Shown here: positions 8,763 to 20,949 of the stretch, piece by piece | Numbering within the stretch: the first letter of the stretch is position 1 | Layout of the letters: each line of letters opens with the position of its first letter | Assembly: GCA_965216035.1 (NCBI GenBank) | Contig: CBDCFM010000021.1 | Span: 4,236-68,235 of the forward strand | Length of the DNA: 64,000 nucleotides | Origin: Terriglobia bacterium | Lineage (GTDB): Bacteria > Acidobacteriota > Terriglobia > 20CM-2-55-15 | Direction of reading: 5' to 3' | Position numbers and translations under genes: made by a program | Notes under the pieces: model-generated | What the model was told of the DNA's origin: nothing | Database searches by the model: none | The model's input: only the letters and a program-made list of their open reading frames with translations

Positions 8763-10081
8763 CGACGCCTAGTGAATCCAGGCAACGGACCAAGGTCGAC
8801 ACTGCGGCGCTTCTAAAGCAATCCAAGGACGCCTTCTACAAAATCAGCACGCTGGGCGAAGAGATTCGCAACAGGGCTCTGGAGACCTTTGCACGACTTA
8901 CAGAAGAAGCCGGCGGTTTTCTTCTGGCCGAGAACGCCAGGGATCTCGAGGCTTCTCATGGAAAGATCAAGAACAGTCTCTACCAGAGACTTCAGCTCGA
9001 TGCGGGAAAGCTGGCGCAGGGCGTTCAGGGAATTCGTGACGTTGCCGCCCTCCCGGATCCGATAGGCCGTGTGCTCGAACGCACCACACTGAATTCCGGG
9101 CTTGAATTGGAAAAGGTGTCCGTTCCCCTCGGGGTGATTGCCATGGTGTTTGAGTCCCGGCCCGACGTCATTCCTCAAATCCTGTCGCTGGCTCTCAAGA
9201 GTGGGAACGCAGTGGTTCTAAAAGGCGGCCGGGAGGCGCGCCACTCCAACCACGCGTTCATGGCGATTGTGTCAAAGTTGGAAGAGCAGGTTCCGGAGCT
9301 GCCATCCGGGTGGGCTCAATTTGTCGATACACGGGAAGATTTTCAGGAACTGCTGTCCTACCCGGAATGGGTCGACCTGGTCATTCCGCGGGGCTCCAAT
9401 GAACTGGTCCAGCAGATCATGAATTCGACCCAGATCCCGGTCCTTGGGCATGCCGAAGGTATCTGTCATATCTACGTTCACAACAAGGCGGATATCCGTA
9501 CGGCCGTTGAAGTCGCCATCGACGCCAAGGCTCAGTATCCGGCGGTGTGCAACGCTATCGAGACCCTGCTGGTGGACGAGAAGATCGCTGACGAGTTTCT
9601 GCCTGTCTTTGGCCAGGCTGCGGCAAAAGCGAATGTTCGGCTCAAGGGGTGCGCGCGTACCCGCCAGGTTTTGCCTCAAGCCGGTGCGGTGACCGAGGCA
9701 GACTGGACTACGGAGTATGGAGACCTGACGCTTTCAATTCGCGTTGTGGGTGGTCTTGAAGAAGCGGTTTCTCACATCAATCGTTTCGGTTCGCATCACA
9801 CGGATGGAATCATTTCCGAGGACGCCGAAGTTCGGGAACGATTCCTTCAGACAGTGGATTCGGCTACGGTCGTGGCGAACGCGTCCACGCGGTTTGCAGA
9901 TGGATTCCGGTTCGGACTCGGGGCCGAAGTCGGCATCAGCACGCTGAAGACACACGCCCGCGGTCCCGTCGGAGTCGAAGGCCTGACTATCTATAAGTAT
10001 GTCTTACGCGGAGAGGGCCAGGTGGTGGCAGAGTACGTGGGTGAGAACGCGACGCCGTTCTTGCACGAGAAGCACCTCTAG
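8759..10081 (+). CDS. proA: gamma-glutamyl phosphate reductase
   Basis: ProA-family sequence. Its start overlaps the proB stop (ATGA at 8759-8762). Confidence 0.85.
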   Translation: MTTPSESRQRTKVDTAALLKQSKDAFYKISTLGEEIRNRALETFARLTEEAGGFLLAENARDLEASHGKIKNSLYQRLQLDAGKLAQGVQGIRDVAALPDPIGRVLERTTLNSGLELEKVSVPLGVIAMVFESRPDVIPQILSLALKSGNAVVLKGGREARHSNHAFMAIVSKLEEQVPELPSGWAQFVDTREDFQELLSYPEWVDLVIPRGSNELVQQIMNSTQIPVLGHAEGICHIYVHNKADIRTAVEVAIDAKAQYPAVCNAIETLLVDEKIADEFLPVFGQAAAKANVRLKGCARTRQVLPQAGAVTEADWTTEYGDLTLSIRVVGGLEEAVSHINRFGSHHTDGIISEDAEVRERFLQTVDSATVVANASTRFADGFRFGLGAEVGISTLKTHARGPVGVEGLTIYKYVLRGEGQVVAEYVGENATPFLHEKHL

Positions 10082-10124
10082 AAGCAGCGACAAGTGATGA
10101 GCACGAGTTGAGAACTTCTGTTCT

Positions 10125-10140
10125 GGAATGGATTCCTTTT
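10125..10140. terminator. candidate bidirectional terminator hairpin between convergent proA and leuD
   Basis: GGAAT-GG-ATTCC followed by TTTT, with a second small hairpin AGAAC-TTCT-GTTCT just upstream. The stem is weak and AT-rich. Confidence 0.25.
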
Positions 10141-10161
10141 ACTTGTCACCGGTCACTTACC

Positions 10162-10737
10162 TCAGTTCCTCGCTTCAAACGCCGCTATGTCTCCCTCGTG
10201 CTGCAGGATGTACTCGAGGTCGTCGATGCCCTGTAACAGGCACTTGCGCGCGAACGGGTCGATATTGAACTCGAACGTAAGGGAATCCGTGGTGACGGTG
10301 TTGGTTTCCAGGTCTACGGTAAAGTTGGCGCCCGTTGCCGCGGCCTCCAGGCAAGCCTCGTGCGTGGGTGCATCCACTGTGATCGGCAGCAGGCCGTTCC
10401 GCAAGGAATTCTTGTGAAAGATGTCTGCGAAACCGGGTGCGATCACCGCGTCGATTCCATAGTCCATCAGGGCCCAGACCGCGTGCTCTCTGGAGCTCCC
10501 GCAGCCGAAGTTCTTGCCGGTAATCAGTAACCGGGCGTCGTTCAAGCTGGGATCATTCAGGAGAAAACCTTCCCGTGGCTGACCGTCGGCATCATAGCGC
10601 CAGTCATGAAACAGGTGTTTGCCCAGACCTGTCTTTTCAATGGTCTTCAGGTATCGGGCGGGGATGATCTGATCGGTGTCGATATTCTCCAGAGGAAGAC
10701 ACGCTGCCGGCGAAACCATTTTTTCAAATTTCTTCAT
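10162..10737 (-). CDS. leuD: 3-isopropylmalate dehydratase small subunit
   Basis: MKKFEK...ENIDTDQIIPARYLK. The start is set at the internal Met so it does not overlap leuC. Confidence 0.85.
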   Translation of the reverse strand: MKKFEKMVSPAACLPLENIDTDQIIPARYLKTIEKTGLGKHLFHDWRYDADGQPREGFLLNDPSLNDARLLITGKNFGCGSSREHAVWALMDYGIDAVIAPGFADIFHKNSLRNGLLPITVDAPTHEACLEAAATGANFTVDLETNTVTTDSLTFEFNIDPFARKCLLQGIDDLEYILQHEGDIAAFEARN

Positions 10738-10759
10738 CGTCGGAACCTGCTTTGGAACC

Positions 10760-12190
10760 TTACTCAACCGCTTCGTGGGAAATGAACTCTCTCGGGTCCG
10801 CAACTTTTCCGGCCACTGCGGATGCCGCTGCTGTCAGGGGAGAACCCAGCATGGTCCGGCCGCCCTGCCCCTGCCGGCCCTCAAAGTTTCGATTGCTTGT
10901 GCTGACCGCCCGTTGCCCGGGCTCGAGCTGGTCCCCGTTCATTGCCAGGCACATGCTGCATCCGGGCTGACGCCACTCGGCGCCGGACTCTTCAAAAATG
11001 CGATCCAGCCCTTCGCTCTCGGCCTCGGCCCGGACTTGCTCTGATCCCGGAACGATCAAGGCGCGGACACCTTCGCTCACCTTTCGACCTTTGAGAACCC
11101 TTGCAGCTTCCCGCATGTCGGAAATCCGCGAGTTGGTGCAGCTCCCGATGAAGACCACATCCACCTTCTGCCCGATCAAGGGTTCTCCGGCTAGCAGGCC
11201 CATATACTTAAGTGACGCTTCGAGTTGATCGCGTTCTACGGGGTTGTCTATGTCTGCGGGGCTCGGTATCCCTTCCCGGATGGGCGCGCACATTGAGGGG
11301 TTGGTACCGAAGCTGATCATCGGCTCCAGCGCCGACGTATTGATCGTTACGGTCTTGTCGTACAACGCTTCCGGATCGCTGGGTAACTGGTGCCATTTTT
11401 CCACGGCGCGATCCCAATCTTTCCCTTTGGGTGCGAATTCCCGTCCGGACATGTACGCGTAGGTCGTGTCGTCCGGTGCGACGAGTCCGGCGCGCGCGCC
11501 GCCTTCAATGGACATGTTGCAAATCGTCATCCGGGCTTCCATCCCGAGACTCCGAATCGCCGAACCCGTGTATTCGATGACGTGGCCCGTGCCGCCTCCG
11601 ATGCCGATCTTTGAGATCAACCCGAGAATCATGTCCTTGCTGGAAACGCCGGGTTGGAGCCGGCCCTGGAAATCCACCTTGAAGTTGCCAACCTTGCGTT
11701 CAAGCAGGCACTGAGACGCAAGCACATGCTCGACCTCGGTGGTCCCGATGCCGAAGGCCAGGGTCCCAAAGGCGCCATGCGTCGAGGTATGGCTGTCGCC
11801 GCAAACCAAGGTCAGGCCGGGCTGGGTCAGTCCGAGCTCCGGACCAATGACGTGAACGATGCCGCGCCGGCTGTCCCCGATTGTGTATAGGCGCACACCA
11901 AAGTCCGCACAACTCTGCTCGAGGCTCCGGAGCTGTTCAACGGCCAGCTCGCCCGCGTCAGCGATGTTCCGGCTGATGGTCGGAGTGACATGGTCTGCCG
12001 TCGCCAGGGTTCGATCCGGCCGGCGGACCTTGAGTCCCCGATTGCGGATCCCTGTAAATGCTTGAGGAGAAGTGACTTCATGGATCAGATGAAGATCGAT
12101 GTAAAGGATCGAGGGCTTCTCGTCGCCGTCCACCACAACGTGGCTATCCCAGATTTTGTCGTAGAGCGTCCTGGCTTTTGGGTCCGTCAT
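10760..12190 (-). CDS. leuC: 3-isopropylmalate dehydratase large subunit
   Basis: Aconitase-family LeuC sequence throughout, 476 aa. Confidence 0.9.
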   Translation of the reverse strand: MTDPKARTLYDKIWDSHVVVDGDEKPSILYIDLHLIHEVTSPQAFTGIRNRGLKVRRPDRTLATADHVTPTISRNIADAGELAVEQLRSLEQSCADFGVRLYTIGDSRRGIVHVIGPELGLTQPGLTLVCGDSHTSTHGAFGTLAFGIGTTEVEHVLASQCLLERKVGNFKVDFQGRLQPGVSSKDMILGLISKIGIGGGTGHVIEYTGSAIRSLGMEARMTICNMSIEGGARAGLVAPDDTTYAYMSGREFAPKGKDWDRAVEKWHQLPSDPEALYDKTVTINTSALEPMISFGTNPSMCAPIREGIPSPADIDNPVERDQLEASLKYMGLLAGEPLIGQKVDVVFIGSCTNSRISDMREAARVLKGRKVSEGVRALIVPGSEQVRAEAESEGLDRIFEESGAEWRQPGCSMCLAMNGDQLEPGQRAVSTSNRNFEGRQGQGGRTMLGSPLTAAASAVAGKVADPREFISHEAVE

Positions 12191-12257
12191 ATCAGTGAAT
12201 ATTATTGCGCTTCGGTGCGGCTTCTTGATAATCTACCTACCGATCGGTCGGTAGGTT

Positions 12258-12905
12258 ATGGCAATTCGGAACGGTACTTCAAAATCGAAGCAGAAATCAA
12301 CTGCGCCGCGGGACAAAGTATACGAGATCGCGGCAGAAGTTTTTCACCGAAAGGGATACGACAACACTTCGATGAATGATATCGCCGAGGCTGTCGGTCT
12401 GACCAAGGCCGGTTTATATCACCACGTCTCCAGCAAGGAAAGCCTGCTCTTTACCATTCTTGACTACGGAATGGACATGACCGAGGCCTACGTTGTCGAT
12501 CCCTTGGACGCCATCGCAGACCCGGTGCGTCGCCTGAAGAAGATGATCGAACTGCACCTCAAGCTGATCCTGGAGGGGCGGAAGTTGGCTGTAACCGGGC
12601 TCTTGCATGAATGCCAGGGTCTTTCGAGGCCGCACCAGGCCAAGGTCAACCGCCGGAAGAAGCAATATGTCCGGCTCGTCACCGGGCTCGTGAGTGAGGT
12701 GATGCAAAAATCGAATTGCAAAGCCGCCGAACCTGCAGACCCCAAGGTTGCCGCGCTGGCGTTGCTTGGGATGTTGAACTGGACCTACCAGTGGTACAAA
12801 CCTTCAGGTTCGGTCAAACCGGACGAAGTCGTGCGTGAGTTCCAGGATTTATTTATCCACGGCGTTCTTGGAACCCCGGAGTTAAGGGAGACAGAGGCAC
12901 AATAG
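12258..12905 (+). CDS. TetR/AcrR-family transcriptional regulator
   Basis: N-terminal TetR HTH (YDNTSMNDIAEAVGLTKAGLYHHVSSKESLLF). It is divergent from leuCD and upstream of leuA. Confidence 0.8.
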   Translation: MAIRNGTSKSKQKSTAPRDKVYEIAAEVFHRKGYDNTSMNDIAEAVGLTKAGLYHHVSSKESLLFTILDYGMDMTEAYVVDPLDAIADPVRRLKKMIELHLKLILEGRKLAVTGLLHECQGLSRPHQAKVNRRKKQYVRLVTGLVSEVMQKSNCKAAEPADPKVAALALLGMLNWTYQWYKPSGSVKPDEVVREFQDLFIHGVLGTPELRETEAQ

Positions 12906-13000
12906 GCCGGCGTGTCGGGCTTGGAAGAGGCCGAACGTCGATCAACCGTATTTAGCATGGACCCAGATGGATCCAGGGCCCACAGGCTCAAAGCTAAGGA

Positions 13001-14539
<1,539 letters not shown>

Positions 14540-14544
14540 AGAAT

Positions 14545-15621
14545 ATGGAAGGCCGCATCGCATTTCTGCCGGGAGACGGCATCGGTCCGGAGGTTCTAGG
14601 CGAAGCACGGCGTGTGCTGGAAGCGATCGGAGAGGCTTACGGCCACCGATTCGAAATTGTCGAAGGTGCGATGGGGGCTGGAGCTATAGAGAGTGCGGGT
14701 GACCCGCTACCGGGGCCAACACGCGAGCTGGTAACCCAGGTCGATGCCGTTCTCCTCGGAGCAGTCGGATTCGCTACGCCCCCAACCGATCCCACCGTTC
14801 CCGATGCCGCAAAAGGGCTGTTGGATCTTCGGAAGCTCCTTGGAAACTACGCCAACATTCGTCCCGTTGCGGTGCCTGATGCAATCGTGAATCAATCTCC
14901 GTTTCGAGCGGAGCACATCCGCGGTGTGGACCTGGTGGTTGTGCGCGAGTTGTTGGGTGGCATTTATTTCGGACTGCCGCGGGGCCTTGACGACGGGATC
15001 GCGCACAACACCGAGGTGTACACGGAAGAAGAGGTTCGCCGCATTACCAAGATGGCGTTCGAAATTGCCCGGAAACGCCGGAACAAGGTGGTCTCGATTG
15101 ACAAAGCGAACGTTCTGGAATCGTCGGTTCTGTGGCGCCGGGTCGCGACCGACGTTGCGCGCGAATATGCCGACGTCGAATTCAGCAGCATGTTGGTCGA
15201 CAACTGTGCGATGCAACTGATTGCCAACCCGCGCCAGTTCGACGTCATCCTGACGAACAACATCTTCGGAGACATATTGAGCGACGAAGCTTCGGTTCTG
15301 GCCGGGAGCCTGGGCATGTTGCCATCTGCCAGCATCGGGGCCACGATCGGGTTGTATGAGCCGGTGCACGGCACGGCGCCCGACATAGCGGGACAAGGGA
15401 TTGCCAACCCGATCGGAGCCATTCTATCGGTCGCAATGATGCTTGAACTGACCTTCAAGCTTTTCGCGGAAGCAGCCGCCATCCGTGGGGGTGTGGACCG
15501 CGCTCTCACTGAAGGCTGCTGGACGGCCGATCTTCGATCCGACGGAGATCGGCCGCCTGTTTCGACCTCCGAAATGGGGTCGTTTGTCGTGGGGTCGCTC
15601 AAGGCATTGAAGGCCAGTTAA
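14545..15621 (+). CDS. leuB: 3-isopropylmalate dehydrogenase
   Basis: MEGRIAFLPGDGIGPEV. The start is 6 nt after the leuA stop. Confidence 0.9.
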   Translation: MEGRIAFLPGDGIGPEVLGEARRVLEAIGEAYGHRFEIVEGAMGAGAIESAGDPLPGPTRELVTQVDAVLLGAVGFATPPTDPTVPDAAKGLLDLRKLLGNYANIRPVAVPDAIVNQSPFRAEHIRGVDLVVVRELLGGIYFGLPRGLDDGIAHNTEVYTEEEVRRITKMAFEIARKRRNKVVSIDKANVLESSVLWRRVATDVAREYADVEFSSMLVDNCAMQLIANPRQFDVILTNNIFGDILSDEASVLAGSLGMLPSASIGATIGLYEPVHGTAPDIAGQGIANPIGAILSVAMMLELTFKLFAEAAAIRGGVDRALTEGCWTADLRSDGDRPPVSTSEMGSFVVGSLKALKAS

Positions 15622-15805
15622 GTGAAATTTCTAAGGTGAGTGCTTCGAAGCGTACTCTAAGTTTGTGGGATCTTTTCAAATTTCACCGTGATCGTCTTCT
15701 GTAGGTGCGCTCTGTGAGCGCGCATTCGAACCCTGCGGTCATAAACGTCGATTACAGGGCCCGCAATCACGGAGGGGTGGGTATTTTCCAGGGAGCCAAT
15801 AGCGA

Positions 15806-17503
15806 ATGCCCGACAACGCGGAAACAAAAGAGCTGAACCGTTTCAGCAGGCATCTGACCCAGGCCTATGACCGTCCCGCGGCCCGGGCAATGTTGCTCGG
15901 GGCCGGCTTGTCGGAATCGGACCTCAATCGGGCGCAGGTCGGGATTACCAGCGCGGGATATGAAGGCAATCCCTGCAACATGCACTTGAACCGCCTGGCT
16001 ATGGCGGCCAAGGAAGGTGTGCGGTCATCCGACCTGGTGGGGCTGGTTTCCAATACCATCGGTGTCAGCGATGGCATCTCGATGGGGACCTTCGGAATGC
16101 GGTATTCGCTGCCGTCGAGAGATCTGATTGCGGACTCCATAGAGACGATCGCCTCAGCCCAGCACTACGACGGCCTGATCACTATCATGGGCTGCGACAA
16201 GAACATGCCGGGTGCGATGATCGCCATGGAACGTCTCAACCGTCCCGCGCTCATGATCTATGGCGGGACCATTGCTCCCGGACATCTCAATGGAGACAAG
16301 CTCGATGTGATTTCCTCCTTCGAGGCGTTGGGTGAGCACCTTGCCGGGAAGATCACGTTGGAACGGTTTCAGGACGTCGTCCGTCAGAGTTGTCCCGGTG
16401 CAGGTGCCTGCGGGGGGATGTTTACGGCCAATACGATGGCCAGCGCGATCGAGGTTATGGGAATGAGCCTGCCCTACAGTTCTTCCAATCCCGCCGAAAG
16501 TAACGAGAAGGTTGCCGAGTGCCGCAGCGCGGGGCCAGCGCTTCGAGGGCTTTTAGAAAAAGACCTGCGGCCGCGGGATATCTTGACGCGCAAGTCTTTT
16601 GAAAATGCCATTACGCTTGTGACCGTTCTGGGTGGATCAACCAACGCCGTCCTCCATCTTCTGGCCATGGCTAGAACGGTCCAGGTCGATCTCACGGTCG
16701 ATGATTTTCAGGAAATCAGCAGCCGGGTACCTGTCCTGGCCGATTTCAGGCCGAGCGGCCCGTACTTGATGGAAGACCTCCATGCCATCGGTGGAACGCC
16801 GGCCGTCGTCAGAATGCTCTTGGAACAGGGACTGCTGCATGGCGACTGCATGACCGTTACCGGTGCCACGCTCGCCGAAAACGTGGCCGACCTACCCCCC
16901 CTCAAGAGCGGACAGGAGGTCGTCCGTAGCCCGGAGGATCCGATCAGCGCGTGCGGCCATTTGAGAATCCTCTACGGGAACCTTGCTGAGAGAGGTGCCG
17001 TAGCGAAAATTACCGGTAAGGAAGGCGAGACTTTCGAAGGCCCGGCCCGAGTTTTCGACAGCGAGGCGGATGCGAATGCGGGTATTGCCGAGGGAGGCGT
17101 AAAAGCCGGCGACGTTGTTGTGATTCGGTACGAGGGCCCCAGGGGCGGACCCGGGATGCCGGAGATGCTGACTCCGAGTTCGATGATCATGGGAGCCGGC
17201 CTGGGTAAGGACGTCGCGTTGATTACGGACGGCCGTTTTTCGGGTGGAACACATGGTTTTGTCGTGGGCCATATCACTCCGGAAGCTCAGGATGGCGGTC
17301 TGATTGCGTTCCTCAAGGATGGCGATCGCATACGCATCGATGCCGTCAACAACACGATCGATCTGGACCTGGCACCCGACGCAATAGCAGCGCGCCGGGC
17401 CGGGTGGTCGGCGCCGCCGTTACGCGTGACCTCGGGCGCTCTCTACAAATATGCCCGGGCGGTGTCATCCGCGTCCGAAGGCTGTACTACAGACGGAGCG
17501 TAA
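15806..17503 (+). CDS. ilvD: dihydroxy-acid dehydratase
   Basis: IlvD/EDD-family sequence, 565 aa. Confidence 0.9.
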   Translation: MPDNAETKELNRFSRHLTQAYDRPAARAMLLGAGLSESDLNRAQVGITSAGYEGNPCNMHLNRLAMAAKEGVRSSDLVGLVSNTIGVSDGISMGTFGMRYSLPSRDLIADSIETIASAQHYDGLITIMGCDKNMPGAMIAMERLNRPALMIYGGTIAPGHLNGDKLDVISSFEALGEHLAGKITLERFQDVVRQSCPGAGACGGMFTANTMASAIEVMGMSLPYSSSNPAESNEKVAECRSAGPALRGLLEKDLRPRDILTRKSFENAITLVTVLGGSTNAVLHLLAMARTVQVDLTVDDFQEISSRVPVLADFRPSGPYLMEDLHAIGGTPAVVRMLLEQGLLHGDCMTVTGATLAENVADLPPLKSGQEVVRSPEDPISACGHLRILYGNLAERGAVAKITGKEGETFEGPARVFDSEADANAGIAEGGVKAGDVVVIRYEGPRGGPGMPEMLTPSSMIMGAGLGKDVALITDGRFSGGTHGFVVGHITPEAQDGGLIAFLKDGDRIRIDAVNNTIDLDLAPDAIAARRAGWSAPPLRVTSGALYKYARAVSSASEGCTTDGA

Positions 17504-17504
17504 G

Positions 17505-19286
17505 ATGTCGCGAAGCAAGACGACGGTAAGCGGGGAAGAAGAAACACTGAGCGCTCTAGAGCCAGAAGCCATAGCGCCAGAAGGTTTCCTCCAACCACCA
17601 CAGACAGTGTCGGGATCCGAAGCACTTGTGCTTTCGTTGTTGCAGGGAGGCGTCCGCACGGTCTTCGGTTACCCGGGTGGAGCGATCATGCCCGTGTACG
17701 ACGCCCTGTTCGAGTACGACCATCAGATTCGACATATTCTCGTCCGTCACGAACAGGGATCGATCCATGCTGCCCAAGGCTACGCGCGCGCCTCGGGAAG
17801 GCCCGGCGTCTGTATTGCCACGTCCGGCCCTGGAGCGACAAACCTGATCACGGGCATTGCAGACGCAAAAATGGACAGCACACCCGTGGTGTGTATTACC
17901 GGACAAGTGCCCTCGAGGATGCTGGGTTCGGACGCGTTTCAGGAGACGGACATCATCTCGGTGAGCGCGCCCCTGACAAAGTGGAATTACCAGATCACGC
18001 AGCCCGAAGAGATCCCCGAAGTGATTGCCAAAGCCCTCTATATCGCACGGTCGGGACGTCCTGGACCCGTGTTGATCGATGTCACAAAGGACGCACAGAT
18101 CGGGAATCTCGACTACCGGCCGGTGATCATACCCGAGATCCGGGGTTACCGGCCGCGGCCCGCATTGGAACCTGGGAATGTTGAGGCAGCAGCCCGGTTG
18201 ATCGACCAGTCGCGAAAACCATTCGTTCTGGTGGGACAGGGCGTCCTGCTGTCGGAGGCACAGGCCGAACTGAAGGCCTTTGTCGAGAAGGCCCAGCTCC
18301 CGTTCGCGTGCACACTGCTGGGACTGTCGGCCCTACCGCGCCGTCACCGGCTGCACACCGGCATGCTGGGAATGCATGGAAACTACGGACCGAACATCAA
18401 GACCAACCAGTGCGATCTCTTGATAGCGGTCGGGATGCGGTTCGATGACCGGGTGACCGGTGATCTTTCCAAGTATGCGCGGCAAGCTAGGGTCATTCAT
18501 ATAGATATCGATCGGTCCGAAATCGACAAGAACGTCAAGACCGATGTTGCTATCGTCGCCGACGCCAAGGAGGCTCTTCGGGCTCTCGTTGACGCGGTCG
18601 GGCCAGCAAATCGTGAGGAGTGGCTGGCTGAGTTTCGAGAGTGCGACAGGATCGAAATCGATCGGGTCATTCAAAAAGATATTCATCCCGACTCTCCCGG
18701 TCTCCGGATGGCGGAAGTCATTCATCAGTTGTCCGAGCGCAGTGATGGAAAAGCCATCATCGTCTCCGACGTTGGACAACACCAGATGGCTGCGGCCCGC
18801 TATTACAAGTTCGAAGAAGGCAGCGGCACTATAACCTCCGGGGGCCTCGGGACGATGGGTTTTGCCCTGCCGGCGGCGATTGGCGCGGCCATCGCACGGC
18901 AGGACCGACCCGTTATCGCCATTATTGGTGACGGTGGGTTCCAGATGACACTTCAGGAGTTGGGCACGATTTCCCAGGCGAAGATTCCGGTCAAGATGAT
19001 GATCCTGAACAACGAGTACCTGGGAATGGTGCGCCAGTGGCAACAGTTGTTCTTTTCACGCCGTTATTCGGCGACCGAATTGATGAATCCGGACTTCGTG
19101 GCCATTGCGGCGGCTTACGGTATGGAAGGAATTCGGGTGACTGAAAGAGGAAAGCTCGGTGAGTCGATTGAAGCGATGTTGGGAGCGGAGTCGTCGTTCC
19201 TTCTGGAAGTGCTAGTGGAACGGGAGGACAACGTGTTCCCGATGGTCCCTTCCGGTTCGGCCTGTTCCGAGATTCGCTTGGAATAG
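17505..19286 (+). CDS. ilvB: acetolactate synthase large subunit (TPP/FAD)
   Basis: The ATG at 17505 follows the ilvD TAA by 1 nt, and the TPP-enzyme motifs are present. Confidence 0.9.
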   Translation: MSRSKTTVSGEEETLSALEPEAIAPEGFLQPPQTVSGSEALVLSLLQGGVRTVFGYPGGAIMPVYDALFEYDHQIRHILVRHEQGSIHAAQGYARASGRPGVCIATSGPGATNLITGIADAKMDSTPVVCITGQVPSRMLGSDAFQETDIISVSAPLTKWNYQITQPEEIPEVIAKALYIARSGRPGPVLIDVTKDAQIGNLDYRPVIIPEIRGYRPRPALEPGNVEAAARLIDQSRKPFVLVGQGVLLSEAQAELKAFVEKAQLPFACTLLGLSALPRRHRLHTGMLGMHGNYGPNIKTNQCDLLIAVGMRFDDRVTGDLSKYARQARVIHIDIDRSEIDKNVKTDVAIVADAKEALRALVDAVGPANREEWLAEFRECDRIEIDRVIQKDIHPDSPGLRMAEVIHQLSERSDGKAIIVSDVGQHQMAAARYYKFEEGSGTITSGGLGTMGFALPAAIGAAIARQDRPVIAIIGDGGFQMTLQELGTISQAKIPVKMMILNNEYLGMVRQWQQLFFSRRYSATELMNPDFVAIAAAYGMEGIRVTERGKLGESIEAMLGAESSFLLEVLVEREDNVFPMVPSGSACSEIRLE

Positions 19287-19305
19287 GCTCGTCTACAGGA
19301 AACCA

Positions 19306-19833
19306 TTGGATCCGCAATTTACAGTTTCGGCACTCACCGAGAACGACTCGAGTTCACTGCTTCGTCTGGCGGCCTGCCTGGGGCGCCACCGAGTGAAGAT
19401 TGAAAGCTTCACCTGCACGAACGGCGGTAAATCCAAGCTGTACCAGCATACCATCGTTGTTCGGGCCACTCCGGAGCGGGTACGCCGGGCCGTCAAGCAG
19501 ATTGGTGCGGCTATGGGTGTGCTCGACGTGAACTTTCACCGCGATGAGGAAACCCACGAACGGCAAGTGGCCCTGTTCAAGCTTTCCCTCGACGCGACAG
19601 CAATTGGAAGTTCTCTTGGAAAGATTGTGCGGACGAGCCGCGCGCGGATCCTCGTGGCGGGATCGGGCTACGTCGTTGTGGAAAAGACCGGGTCGCAGCG
19701 CGAGATCGAAGAGTTATTAGGCAGTTTGGAGCCTTTCGGCGTAATGGAGTTCGTGAGGTCGGGCAGTATCTCCGTCACGAAGCCTTCTCTCGCCCAAATC
19801 GATGCGTCAGCTGACGCGAAAAACGGAGGTTAA
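19306..19833 (+). CDS. ilvN: acetolactate synthase small (regulatory, ACT-domain) subunit
   Basis: ACT-domain pattern colinear with IlvH/IlvN. The likely TTG start has an AGGAAA Shine-Dalgarno. Confidence 0.7.
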   Translation: MDPQFTVSALTENDSSSLLRLAACLGRHRVKIESFTCTNGGKSKLYQHTIVVRATPERVRRAVKQIGAAMGVLDVNFHRDEETHERQVALFKLSLDATAIGSSLGKIVRTSRARILVAGSGYVVVEKTGSQREIEELLGSLEPFGVMEFVRSGSISVTKPSLAQIDASADAKNGG

Positions 19834-19839
19834 AGCAGC

Positions 19840-20949
19840 ATGGCAAAGATACGCTTCGGCGACGTCGAGGAAAACGTGACGACGCGAGAAGAATGGCCTT
19901 TGGATAAGTCTCGCGCATGTTTGAAGGATGAAATGATTGCTGTTCTGGGTTACGGGATCCAGGGACCCGGACAGGCGCTGAATTTGAAGGACAACGGATT
20001 CAACGTGATTGTAGGGCAGCGGAAAGACTCGCGCTCGTGGGACAAGGCTGTCCAAGACGGATGGGTCGAAGGCGAGAGTCTTTTTGAGATCGAAGAAGCG
20101 GCCGACCGTGGAACGATCATCCAGTATCTCCTCTCCGATGCCGGTCAGATCGCCCAATGGGATAAGGTGCGGCCGAATCTAAAGGCAGGCAAGTGTCTTT
20201 ACTTCTCCCACGGTTTTGCGGTGACGTTCAAGGATCAGACCCATGTCATTCCTCCAGATGACATCGACGTCATTCTGATCGCCCCTAAAGGTTCCGGGAC
20301 TTCTCTCCGACGGCTATTTGTTGAAGGGAAGGGTTTGAATTCGAGCTACGCAATTTTCCAGGATGCCACTGGACGCGCGCTGGAGCGCGTGATGTCGCTG
20401 GGCATTGGCGTGGGTTCCGGCTACCTCTTCGAGACCGACTTCCGGAAGGAAGTCTATTCGGATCTGACCGGGGAGCGCGGCGTATTGATGGGGGCGATTG
20501 CGGGAGTTTTCGAAGCGCAGTTCAACACCCTTCGAAAGAACGGCCACTCTCCCTCAGAGGCCTTCAATGAGACAGTCGAAGAATTGACCCAGAGTTTAAT
20601 GCCGCTTGTGGCCGAAAACGGCATGGACTGGATGTATGCCAATTGTTCCACTACGGCTCAGCGCGGAGCCCTGGATTGGCGTCACAAGTTTCGTGAAGCC
20701 GTGACACCGGTGTATGAAGAGCTCTACGAAAGCGTACGCTCGGGGAAGGAAGCCGAAATTGTCATCGAATCCTGCAGCAAGGATGATTACCGGGTCCGGC
20801 TCGAAGCGGAGTTGGACGAGTTGGGGAATCAAGAGATCTGGCGTACCGGGAAGCAAGTCCGGCAGTTGCGGCCCGAAGCAAAGGGGGGTCGCCCTGTGAA
20901 GGAAACCATCGGAGCAGCGGCCGCAAAGGAAGCACACGTAGCCAAGTGA
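19840..20949 (+). CDS. ilvC: ketol-acid reductoisomerase
   Basis: Rossmann GYGIQGPGQALNLKDNG plus the KARI C-terminal domain. Confidence 0.85.
   Translation: MAKIRFGDVEENVTTREEWPLDKSRACLKDEMIAVLGYGIQGPGQALNLKDNGFNVIVGQRKDSRSWDKAVQDGWVEGESLFEIEEAADRGTIIQYLLSDAGQIAQWDKVRPNLKAGKCLYFSHGFAVTFKDQTHVIPPDDIDVILIAPKGSGTSLRRLFVEGKGLNSSYAIFQDATGRALERVMSLGIGVGSGYLFETDFRKEVYSDLTGERGVLMGAIAGVFEAQFNTLRKNGHSPSEAFNETVEELTQSLMPLVAENGMDWMYANCSTTAQRGALDWRHKFREAVTPVYEELYESVRSGKEAEIVIESCSKDDYRVRLEAELDELGNQEIWRTGKQVRQLRPEAKGGRPVKETIGAAAAKEAHVAK

Noticed and set aside
14707-19043. Antisense ORFs of 200+ aa inside leuB (14707..15396, 14964..15602) and ilvB (18333..19043). The same pattern occurs at 49369..50217 inside the TonB receptor and at 24746..25417 and 26377..27075 inside istA/istB
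   Set aside because: These are shadow ORFs expected in high-GC DNA. The sense-strand products are unambiguous conserved enzymes.
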